From: Chiloscyllium plagiosum
Lineage: Eukaryota
Direction of reading: 5' to 3'
Assembly (NCBI RefSeq): GCF_004010195.1
Contig: NC_057711.1
Location: 82,217,450 to 82,281,449, forward strand
DNA length: 64,000 nucleotides
Below are positions 53,787 through 64,000 of the stretch, piece after piece. A program made the position numbers and the translations under genes. The notes under the pieces were generated by a model. The model was not told the DNA's origin and did no database searches. It was given only the letters and a program-made list of their open reading frames with translations. Numbering within the stretch: the stretch's first letter is position 1; every line of letters starts with the position of its first letter.

Positions 53787-55170
53787 GTTAAAAAATCACA
53801 CAACACCTGGTTATAGTCCAACAGGTTTAAATAGAAGCACTCGCTTTCGGAGCGCCGCTCCTTCATCAGGTGGTTGTAGAGGACACAATTGTAAGACACA
53901 GAATTTATAGCAAATGTTTAGAGTGTGATGTAACTGAAATTATACATTGAAAAATACCTTGATTGTTTTTAAAGTCTCTTATCTGTTAGAATGACCATGA
54001 TAGTTTCACTTCTTTCATATGTACATTACAAAACTTTTTTTAAAAAAAGTTATATTCTCAGGTTAACTGTAACAATTGGTGTCAGTGCAGATAAGATATT
54101 GAGACATTGAAGGTGTTAGCCCCGTGTTCCCTGTCTGTGCCATAATGTTTAGACTGATTCTAATCTAAAAAGTGAATTAACAGAGTCTTACATGGATTCA
54201 TGCAGTTTTTGAGCAAAGTACAATGTAACTCTGCGAGTACAAATTCACCCCACAAACGTATATGTGTATGTGTGCGTGTGTGTGTGTCTGGGGTGGGGGT
54301 TTGTGAGTATCTGTGAGAGAGAGTGTATATGTGTGTGTGAGTATAAAGTGGTCTAAGTCTGTGAGAGGGTGCATGTGGGAGTGTGTGTGTGTCTGGGGTG
54401 GGGGGTTGAGAGTGTCTGTGAGAGAGAGTGTAAGTGTGTGTGAGTGTGTAAAGTGTCTAAGTCTGTGAGAGGATGCATGTGAGAGTGTCGGTAGGAGTGT
54501 GTGTTAGTGTCTGTGTATAGGGGTGCCTGTGTGTGCGCGCAGACACATGTAGGAGTGTCTGTGTGTGTGTATAGTGCAATGGTGGTCACCTGTAGTGTGA
54601 CATAAAATCAAGGTCCCAGTTGAGGCCCTCCCAATGGGTACCGAACTTAGCTATCAGCCTCTGCTCGGCCACTTTTCACTGCTGCCTGTCCCGAAGTCCG
54701 TCTTGGAGGATGGTCACCTCAAGGTCCAAGGTCGAATGTCCTGGACCACTGAAGTGTTCCCCAACTGGGCGGGAACACTCCTGTCTGTTGGTTGTTGTGC
54801 GGTGCCCGTTCACCCGTTGCCGTAGCCTTTGCTCAATTTCACCAATGTACCATGCCTCAGGGCATCCTTACCTGCAGCGTATGAGATAGACAACGTTGGC
54901 TGAGTCACATGAGTACCTGCCACGTACATGGTGGGTGGTGTCCCCACATGTAATGGTGGTATCTATGTCCACACTCTGACACGTCTTGCAGCGCCTACCG
55001 TGACAGGGTTGTATGGAGTTGTCCTGAAAGCCGGGCAGTTTGCTATGAACAATGATTGAGGTTTGGTGGTTGTTTAAAGGCGAGTGGAGGTGTGGGGAAG
55101 GTCTTGGCGAAGTGCTCATCCTCATTGATAATGTGTTGCAGGCTGCAAAAATCATGGCGTAGTTTTCATT
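53787..55170 (-). mobile_element. Neptune-type PLE family A, 5'-truncated (Cys-rich linker, GIY-YIG endonuclease, 3' UTR)
   Basis: PCHGRRCKTC...YSCDSANVVYLIRCR*GCPEAWYIGE...VGEHFSGPGH; 3' UTR with CA-rich repeats; hammerhead-like core at 53841-53869. Confidence 0.88.
54260..54572. repeat. Complex (GT)/(GA)-rich tract with a roughly 105-bp tandem duplication, inside the PLE 3' UTR
   Basis: tctggggtggggg recurs at 54287 and 54392, each followed by gtgagagagagtgt...tctaagtctgtgagagg. Confidence 0.8.
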
Positions 55171-56193
55171 CTGATCCTTATGAATGTTCACCCTTAACAT
55201 TATTACAATAGGCTCACTACATCTACAAATTAAGATTAGTTCTCTGATCTTATAGGTTTTCATGAGAAGTCAGGCTTTGAACTATTTGCTTTTGGTTCAA
55301 TACTCAAATAAAATCCTGTTTCTTGGAAACAGTACTTCGGCAGTGAAGGATCAAGTTCTGGCAGGAGGTTGAAATCATGCTCATTCTTTTGGTTTATCCA
55401 TTGCCTGGATCATGTAATCTACACGGACGTTTCACACCTTTCCATTAATTTTAGCCAAATATCTCTTCGTTGTATAGAGAAATGCTCAGTTTCCATATCC
55501 CACTTACATGACTTAAATGTGGACCCAAACCATGACTGTGTCCATTTTGCCTGAAACTGTGTCATACAGTATTGACAACTTTGACTGAGCTTTTGTGTTT
55601 GTCTATAACAGTTGGTCTATAGTGCACAGTTGTTATATATTATAGCAGAAAATTATCAAGTCATTGTTTCATATTAAATCTTGAACACCCATGTATGTAG
55701 GACTTGCTTCTTAATTATGTGCACCTTTTATTATCCTGACAAATCTTTGAGTTTAGAAACAGGAATAAGCTGTCTTTGATATTATTTTGTTTCATGCAAT
55801 ATTTGGATGAAACAGAACAAATTAAAAACCTTCCACTGAAACAAAACCTTAAGGTAATCCATGACAAGCAAAAATAGATGGTAATGGTTCATTCAGTGTT
55901 GATGCTGTGCTTTACTGAATCCACTTAGAGAAGCTACTAATAAGTATCAAGAAATTTTCATTTTCTTTTTCACAAAAGTCTGCATGAATTATTTTCAAAT
56001 GACCACAACCGCAGAAGGGCAGTAATTATGGCAGATAATACATTTGCTTACTAACATATCTAGATCACTGTCTAAACTAGCCAATGAATAAGTTCTGTTG
56101 CTATGGAGTTCATACTGTTTATTCCTGTGTGTTCAGTAAGTTCTATAAAAGTGTTATCTTTTGAAGAACTTGCTACTACCACCTTGTGACCTC

Positions 56194-56315
56194 AATGTGG
56201 AGGTGCCAGTGTTGGACTGGTGTGGACAAAATCAAGTCACACAACACCAGGTTATTGTCCAACTGGTTTATTTGAAATCACAAGCTTTCAGAGTGCTGCT
56301 CCTTCCTCTGGTGAT
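56194..56315 (-). mobile_element. Family A PLE terminal fragment
   Basis: Reverse complement matches 2720-2840; hammerhead core mutated (CAGAGGA). Confidence 0.8.
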
Positions 56316-56618
56316 ACCACCTTATACATGACTGCTCTTTGTAATGATAATAGAATGGTTTCTGTTCCTCATGTGTACATTCACTGAATTCTGTCCATTC
56401 TTTCAAATATCTATTCAAAATGGTGGAGGCAGCAAGGTAGGTAGTGTTTGGGCTCCAGGCCCACCTAGTTCCTCTTGCATGACTAACCATATCCTTTTTT
56501 TTAATTTTATTTTTCTTCATTTCACTTTTGAATCAAATACATTTTTTTCTTCTTTCTGTGGCTGCAGTGGTGGAAAGAAGTTGCAGGGAGCTGTTGCGTG
56601 GCGGATCTGATCCATTCC

Positions 56619-56933
56619 TCACAGCCATGGCAGTCGCAATCGAGCAACTTTTCCTGTGTCGTTGAATTGGGATCTGTTCTTCTCTCTGATGTTAGGTCGG
56701 GAGTTAATTTGGATGGCTAGCCAGTTCACGAAAGTGGAGATGGAGACTGGTCCTCGAGAGTTGAGACACTCTTCTGGCGATGGCAGCAGCTGGAGTATCA
56801 GTAGCGATGAGGCTGCTTTGGTAGAGGCAATGTTCTGAGTCTGTTCAGTGGCAGCAGGGATTGCTTCTTCCTTGCTGTTGAGTCCACAGGGCATGGTTTG
56901 GTGGCTGCAGAGTGTGGCAACGTTCTGTAGCCA
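56619..56933 (-). other. Unassigned exon-like open frame (possible terminal exon of an upstream gene or lncRNA exon)
   Basis: GC/CpG-elevated island that I could not assign to a repeat. Acceptor-like ttcttgatttcctaag|TGG, 104 open codons to TGA, and AATAAA about 110 nt downstream. Protein not recognised. Confidence 0.3.
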
Positions 56934-57544
56934 CTTAGGAAATCAAGAAGCCATGCATGAAATTTGCCCTAACTTTATCTGATTTAATTCTATTTGTAAT
57001 TTACATAATTAAAGTTGTGCTGGCTTATGGCAACTTATATTTATGAAAATACAGTAAAATGTGTATATGTAACCATAAATTACTGTTACTATTATTAACA
57101 GCAGTTCATAGACTTGTTTTGAACACTAAATCTTGCTGAATTGCAATGGTAATGATTGCGAAGTCATCATCTGAAACCCCTATTGAGAAAATTGCACCTT
57201 AAAAACCATCTACTGAGTCCTCGTGTGGTAAATGTGACAGTGTGTCATACAAGCATTGTTTATCAAACAATGATGTTAAACTTTATCCTCACACTGTAGA
57301 AGATGTTCAACCAACAGCTGCATGAATGAATGTATTCATATTTAATATTCATAGGCTGATGAATTATTTAAAAATTTAAGTATTTACTTATTAGTACTTG
57401 TTTTATTAGTATTTATACATACAATTAAAGAGAATCATTAATATCTCCGGAAATATTTGAATTGTTTTGGACTTTGATCCCCGAAAAAGCTAGGGTCAAA
57501 CTATGATGAGGTGAATGAGGCATTTGAAGAAAGAATTCTTTGTG

Positions 57545-58245
57545 GTGTAATGGTACAGAGAACACCAAATGGAGAATTCACCCCAAAGGTTTACAGGAAA
57601 GCCACACACACAAACCAAGTCCTGAACTACGAAAGCAACCACCCCAACACACACAAAAGAAGTTGCATCAAGACACTATTCAAAAGGGCCACAACACACT
57701 GCAGCACACCAGAACTGCAAAAAGAGGAAGAGGAACACCTATACAATGCATTCACCAAAAATGGATACCCACGCAATTTCATCAACAGATGCTTAAGGGA
57801 AAGACAACGGAACGAGGACATGCCACAACCCAAAGGACTAGCCACACTACCATACATCAAGAGCATTTCCAAACTGTATATAACAACCAACAAGCAGCAT
57901 GAGTTCGACTGGGACAACACTACTATTATAGGACAAGCCAAACAGAGAACAGCCAGGGAATTCCTAGAGGCATGGCACTCATCCACAGATTCAATCAATA
58001 AGCACATCGATCTGGACTCAATATACCGACCACTGCAGCGGACAGCTGGAACTGACAACCAGAAGGGGCAGATTCAAACCACTATAAATGCTGGAGGAAA
58101 CATCACAGAAGCGCTTCACAGCAGGCTCCCAAGTACTGAGGATGTCACCTAGACAGGGGACGAAACGTCTGCAACACAAATTCCCAGCTCGGCGAACAGA
58201 ACCACAACAACGAGCACCCGAGCTACAAATCTTCACACAAACTTT
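57545..58245 (+). mobile_element. Poseidon-type PLE 3' fragment with internal deletion
   Basis: ORF 57511..58152: VYRKATHTNQVLNYESNHPNTHKRSCIKTLFKRA (PLE RT thumb) fused to HEFDWDNTTIIGQAKQ; the GIY-YIG core is missing. Confidence 0.9.
58133..58172 (+). ncRNA. Minimal hammerhead ribozyme motif (intact core), Poseidon family
   Basis: CTGAGGA-T-GTCACC-tagaca-GGGGAC-GAAAC-GTC, core identical to 52290-52323. Confidence 0.68.
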
Positions 58246-58398
58246 GATTACCAAATATTTGAATACTCTCCCAAGGACATTTTGCCGATTCTAAACAATG
58301 AATAATAATCAGTATATACCCTCCATCAGTAGCTAGTCCTGACAATAACAAGAACAAATCCCATAAGCTAGACAGAATTATTGCACAACTATGGCAAC

Positions 58399-58785
58399 CT
58401 AGGAACCCTCGAACCACAAGGGATGAACTCAGACTTCTCCAGTTTCCTCATTTCCCCTCCCCCCACCTTATCTCAGTCCCAACCCTCAAACTCAGCACCA
58501 CCTTCCTAACCTGCAATCTTCTTCCTCTCCACCCCCAAACCCACTCCGGCCTATCACCCTCACCTTAACCTCCTTCCACCTATTGCATTTCCAACGCCCC
58601 TCCCCCAAGTCCCTCCTCCCTACCTTTTATCTTAGCCCGCTTGGCACACTTTCCTCATTCCTGAAGAAGGGCTCATGCCCGAAACGTCGATTCTCCTGCT
58701 CCTTGGATGCTGCCTGACCTGCTGCGCTTTTCCAGCAACACATTTTCAGCTCTGATCTCCAGCATCTGCAGTCGTCACTTTCTCC
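58399..58785 (+). mobile_element. Neptune-type PLE family B 3' end with 15-bp TSD
   Basis: TSD CACAACTATGGCAAC at 58384-58398 and 58786-58800. Begins LGTLEPQGMNSDFSSF (PLE endonuclease C-terminus), then a pyrimidine-rich UTR. Confidence 0.9.
58657..58692 (+). ncRNA. Minimal hammerhead ribozyme motif (intact core), family B
   Basis: CTGAAGA-A-GGGC-tcat-GCCC-GAAAC-GTC. Confidence 0.72.
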
Positions 58786-58899
58786 CACAACTATGGCAAC
58801 TCAACTATACTCCATGCAGATGGCAAATCTCTCCAAATGGCAGGTCAGTATTAAAGGGCTGAGCACCTTAGAAATGCATTAAACCACCCATCCACCATA

Positions 58900-59200
58900 C
58901 ATGTTGTAGCTACAGAAAAGTTTCCAGAGTCGCCCAAATACGAAAGCTTTGGCAAGTTCTGTTGGAGAGATTGACATAGATATCAGATTCCTAATCTCAA
59001 GGAAAGCTTCAAATGCAGATGGACTTCAGAAGAAGGAACAGATCTGGAGACCCCAGTTAGCCATCAAACTGATGCAATTATATCACAGAATGTGTTCAGT
59101 AACTTCAGTTGCTTGTTTCATTCACCGTCTCTCACACACACTCGTTGTGCACAATCTAAGAAAATGCCAAACGACAGAAGATTGCGTTCCAGAGAGAAGG
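58900..59200 (+). mobile_element. Highly degraded RTE-like LINE fragment
   Basis: ORF 58949: GEIDIDIRFLISRKASNADGL...IWRPQLAIKLMQLY resembles the RTE IDxEIxxRISKASxAFGRL..IW...L..KxxxY pattern. Confidence 0.5.
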
Positions 59201-59529
59201 TTCAACAGGGGAGATGAAAAGCCAAAATTAGAAGAGATATCAAGGGAGTCAATAATGCACAGAAATTATAGGCCAGGTAAGGCACAAGGGAGTTTGGTAA
59301 GTTTGGATGGTATTTATTTTAATGCAAGGACTCTGACAAACAAAGCAAATGAGTTGAGAGCATATATAAAACATTGGGTATGACATAGTTGCTATGACAG
59401 ATACATAACTGAGAGAGGGGAAGGATTGGCAGCTTAAGATTCCAGGATACAGGGTCTTCACGTGAGACAGGAAAGCAGGTAACAGAGGATTGGATATTGC
59501 AATATTGATCAGGGAATCTATTAGGTATA

Positions 59530-60532
59530 AACAAGGACTGCAGATGCTGGAAACCAGAATCTAGATTAGAGTAGTGCTGGAAAAGCACAGCAGGTCAGGC
59601 AGCATCCGAGGAGCAGAAAAATCGACGTTTTGGGCAAAAGCCCTTCATCAGGAATAGAGGCAGGAAGCCTCCAGAGGGGAGAGATAAATGAGAGGGGGGT
59701 GGGGGATGGGGATGGGGAGACGTTGTCAGAGGCGGAAGATGAGGCGTTGTTCCTCCATGCGTCTGGTGGTGAGGGAGCAGTGGTGTAGGAGGCCCAGGAC
59801 CTCCATGTCCTCGGCAGAGTGGGAGGGGGAGTTGAAATGTTGGGCCACAGGGCGGTGTGGTTGATTGGTGCGGGTGTCCCAGAGATGTTCCCTAAAGCGC
59901 TCTGCTAGGAAGCGTCCAGTCTCCCAAGTGTAGAGGAGACCACATAGGGAGCAACGGATACAATAAATGATTTTGGTGGATGTGCAGGTGAAACTTTGAT
60001 GGATATGGAAGGCTCCTTTGGGGCCTTGGATGGAGGTGAGGGAGGTGGTGTGGGAGCAGGTTTTGCAATTCCTGCAGAGGCAGGGGAAAGTGCCTGGATG
60101 GGAGAGTGGGTTGTAGGGGGGGGGAAAAGAGGACCTGACCAGGTAGTCAGGGAGGGAACGGTCTTTGTGGAAAGCGGAAGGGGTGGGGAGGGAGATATAT
60201 CCCTGATGGTGGGGTCTGTTTGGAGGTGGCGGAAATGTCATCAGATGATGTAGTTTATGTGAAGGTTGGTAGGGCGGAAGGTGAGCACCAGGAGGGTTCT
60301 GTCCTTGTTATGGTTACAGGGGTGGGGTTTGAGGGTGGAGGTGCGGGATGTGGATAAGATGCGATGGAGGATATCTTAAACCATGTGGGAAGGGAAACTG
60401 CGGTCTCTATAGGAGGAGGCCATCTGGTGTGTTCTGTGGTGGAACTGGTCCTCCTGGGAGCAGATACGGTGGAGGCAGAGGTATTGGGAATATGAGATGG
60501 CATTTTTGCAGGAGTTTGGGTGGGAAGAGGTA
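59530..60532 (-). mobile_element. Neptune-type PLE family B (GIY-YIG region plus terminal fragment)
   Basis: ORF 59726..60241: FPCLCRNCKTC...FTCTSTKIIYCIRCSLCGLLYTWETGRFLAERFREH...VAQHFN. The terminal segment 59530-59655 matches 58660-58785. Confidence 0.9.
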
Positions 60533-61317
60533 TTTTAACAGAAGGCCTGTTTTAATAGAATCAGATATGATTTGGCCAGAGTGGATTGGGAGAGATACTT
60601 TCACATAAATCTGTGTTAATGCAATGGACTGCATTCAAGGAGGAAATAGGGAGACCCTATTTTCACATTTAAGTTCCAATAAAGACAAAAGGTGGGACCA
60701 TCAAATCCTGTGGGTCCTGGATATCAAGGCAGGATATTAAGGATGAAGAGAAAGATGGAGGCTTACAGCAGACACCAAGGGCTCAAAACAGCAGAATCCC
60801 TAGAAGAGTATGGAGTATCCAGGGGAAACATAAAAAGGAAACTAAGAGTAAAAATGGACATGAAAGAATAATGGCAGGAATATAATCCGAAGTAATTTTA
60901 CAAGTATATTAAAACGACAAATAGGAAAGAGTAGGACTCATTAAGGACCACAGTAGTAGCTTGTACATGGAAAATATAGGTAGGGTTCTAAATGAATATT
61001 CTGTCTTACTGTTCACTAGTCACTGGGATGATGTTGGCATAGAAATTAGGGAGTAGGACTACAGGATATATTTAAAGAAATGAACAGAGACAGAGAGGAC
61101 GTTCTAAGTGGTTTGGCAGACTTAAAAGTAGATAAATATCCAGGACTGGATGAAATATATCCCAGGTTGTTCAGTGAGGCAAGAGAGGAAATAACGGGGT
61201 GTTGGCAATAATTTTCAGTTCCTGTCTGGCCACAGAAAAGGAGCCAGAGGACTGGAGGACAGCCAATGTGGCATTGTTATTCAAGAAGAGAGCAAGTGAT
61301 AAGCAAGGAAACAGTAG

Positions 61318-61832
61318 TGGATGTAGGTTTGCTCGCTGAGCTGGAAGGTTCATTTCCAGATGTTTCGTCACCCTACTCGGTAACATCTTCAGTGAGCCTC
61401 AGACAAAACACTGCTGAATATTCCTGCTTTCTATTTATATCTTTGGGTTGGTGATGTCATTTCCTGTGGTGATGTTATTTCTTGTGGTGAAGTCACTTCC
61501 TGTTCCTTTTCTCAGGAGGTGGTAGATGGGGTCTAACTCGATGTGTTTGTTGATAGAGTTCCGGTTGGATTGCATGGTAGACCCCATCTGCCACCCCGAG
61601 AAAAGGAACAGGAAGTGACTTCACCACAGGAAATATAAATCACCACAGGAAATGATATCACCAACCCAAAGATATAAATAGAAAGCAGGAATTTTCAGCA
61701 GTGCTTCGCCTGAGGTCCACTGAAGATGTTACTTAGTAGGGTGATGAAAGGTCTGGAAATGAACCTTCCAGCTCAGCAAGCAAACCTACATCCAAACCTC
61801 AACCTGAGATACAAATCTTCTCAAAACTCGTT
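61318..61832. mobile_element. Poseidon-type PLE fold-back insertion with 13-bp TSD
   Basis: TSD AAGGAAACAGTAG at 61305-61317 and 61833-61845. About 61318-61535 is reverse complementary to about 61578-61794. The tail resembles those at 52362-52394 and 4682-4720. Confidence 0.9.
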
Positions 61833-64000
61833 AAGGAAACAGTAGGCCAATCAGTCTAATCTCAATGGTGGGGAAACTATTGGAAACAATTCTGAGGGAC
61901 AAAATTAGTCTGCACTTGAGAGGCAATGATTAATCAAGAACAGTTAGAATGGCTTTGTTAAGGGGATGTCAGTGTCTGACCAACTTGACTGAATTTTTCA
62001 AAGAGGAAACCAGGTGCATAGTTATGTGTAATACATTCAACATGGCTTACTTGGACTTCAGCAAAGCTTCTGATAAAAGTCCCATGTAGAAGACTGATAG
62101 AGAGAGTAAGAACTCATGGGCTCCAAGGAAATTTGGATAATTTGGATCCACAATTGGCTGATTGGCAGGAAGCAGAGCTTGATGGTCAAGGTGGGTTCCA
62201 TAACGATTCACTTTGGAGCCCTTGCTGTTGTATTGTAAAACTTGAAAGGGTTCAAAATGATTTACTAGAATGTTGCCAGGTTTGCAGGATTTGTGCTATA
62301 GGTAGAGGCGGAATAGGTTGGGGCTGTTTTCCCTGGAGCGTCGGAAACTGAGGGGTGACCTTAATAGAGGTTTATGAAACCCTGAGGGGCATGGATGGGA
62401 TAAATAGACAAGGTCTTTTCTCTGGGGTGGGGGAATCCAGAACTAGAGGGCATGGATTTAAGATGAGAGGGGAAAGATTCAAAAGGGACCTAAGGGGCAA
62501 CTTATTTTACGCAGAGGGTGGTACATGTACAGAATGAGCTGCCAGAGGAAGTGGAGGACGCTGGTATAATTACAACATTTAAAAGGCATCTGGATGGTTA
62601 TATAAACAGGAATGATTTAGAGGGATATGGGCTGGGTATTGGCAAATGTGACTAGATTTATTCAGAATGTCTGGTTCGTATGGACGCATTTGACTGAAGG
62701 ATCTGTTTCTGTGCTGTACATCTTTGTGATTTTATGATGAATGGTAGGACCCTGGGAAACTGTGAGGATCAGTGGGACTTTGGTGTGCATGTCCACTCAT
62801 CCCTTAAGGTAGCAGGACAGATAGATAAATTGATTAAGGCAGCATTGAGACACTTGGCTTTATTAGCTGAGCGAGATAGTTTACAGCAGGAAGGTAACGT
62901 TGGAGCCATATAAATCATTGGTTAGGCCACAGCTAGAGCTTTGTGTGAAGTTCTGGAATCCACATTATTTGTATTTGCACTGGCGAGGGTGCAGAGATTT
63001 ACCAAGATGTTTTCTGGGCTGGAGTGTTTTAAATATGAAGAGATTAGATAGAATGGTGTTTTTCTTGGAGCGGAGGAAACTGTAAAGGGGATATGATTAA
63101 GATTTATAAGGGGTGGTGGGATCAACGACCAGGTAAAAGGCATAGGTTTAAGGTAAAGAACAGGCAATTTGGGTGAAAATATTTTCCTCATATCCCTTCC
63201 AATCTGGAACACTGCCTGTCGAAGTAGAAACCTTCATAACATTTACAAGTACTCAGATGTACATTTGTGATGTCATGGTGTATAAAATTATAGACCAAAT
63301 GCTGGAAAATAGGTAGTAGTTGTTTTTGACCTGTGACTAATCAATGGCCTTTTTCTGCGCCATGGATCCCTATGACTCTAAATGACAAGAGTTTGAGCAA
63401 ATCCCTGATCCTTAATCTCAATTTAAACTTGAACATCACCTGTGAATTAAGTTGTAGTGATAATTATTTTAAGTATCACAATGTACTCACACCTGATTTC
63501 CAACTTTTCTGATGTATAGTTTCAAGTTTGTGGGTGTTTGCTATTCCTCGTGTCTCCAGAATTGGAATGTTCAGTAACTTGGTGAAGATTATTTCAAATG
63601 TTTCCATTTTTCACTTTGTTTGGAAACAAAAGGCTTGTTAGAATATCCTACATTTTCAGGCCAATGCATGTTAGCAAATCTATTCTAGGAACATGGAATT
63701 CCTACAGCATAGAAGCAGGCCATTCACTGTTCAGAATACAGTCTTGCTGTTTAAGAAGCCATTTCACCAGTCCATGATGAAAATGTTTAAAAATTAACTC
63801 TACTATCGACAAGTCTTCTCAAAATAACTCAGGAGATCTGTGATAACCATCAGTTCTTTCTTAACAGGAGGATGACTCTAGTGGGCAATTGGACTTACGG
63901 AACCAATACTCAAAGAACCAGTGCTGTTATATCATAATACCTCACAGGCAAAATAGGAGCCCATCCTTAATTAACAGCTTGCCTGACACCTTTGACAGGG

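Larger units (their letters stand above)
59290..63380 (+). mobile_element. Old CR1 ORF2 (endonuclease to 3' end) carrying three nested insertions
   Basis: YFNARTLTNKANELRAYI (EN start), DKYPGLDEIYPRL, RPISLISMVGKLLE, YLDFSKASDK and LVRPQLELCVKFWNPH in order. Interrupted by PLEs at about 59530-60532 and 61318-61832 and a younger CR1 3' end at about 62230-62735. Confidence 0.85.

Overview
This is eukaryotic vertebrate genomic DNA, almost certainly from a shark or ray, since it carries HE1-type V-SINEs and HER1/CR1 LINEs. The only clearly identifiable host gene is a ubiquilin, best matching UBQLN1, on the minus strand. I resolved coding exons 1-9 by hand (ATG at 49489, exon 9 ends at 2161); the remaining 3' exons, including the UBA domain, lie off the left edge. 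Its CpG-rich promoter is at about 49.25-49.76 kb. Most other sequence is decayed retroelements: CR1, L2, Rex1-like and RTE-like LINEs, SINEs, one solo LTR, and many Penelope-like elements (PLEs) of Neptune and Poseidon type. Almost all ORFs in the supplied track are TE remnants or chance ORFs. I found no convincing wholly new biological system. The most interesting observations are: (1) at least three PLE families carry minimal hammerhead-ribozyme cores, with four intact copies; (2) five PLE insertions share a fold-back architecture, two with clean TSDs; (3) UBQLN1 appears to use two GC-AG introns, one with a competing frameshifting GT donor; (4) three AUGs spaced 8 nt apart, one per frame, precede the UBQLN1 start; (5) inverted repeat pairs bracket UBQLN1 exons; (6) an unexplained exon-like ORF lies upstream. 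TE boundaries are approximate unless a TSD is quoted, and family names come from motif recall rather than database searches.
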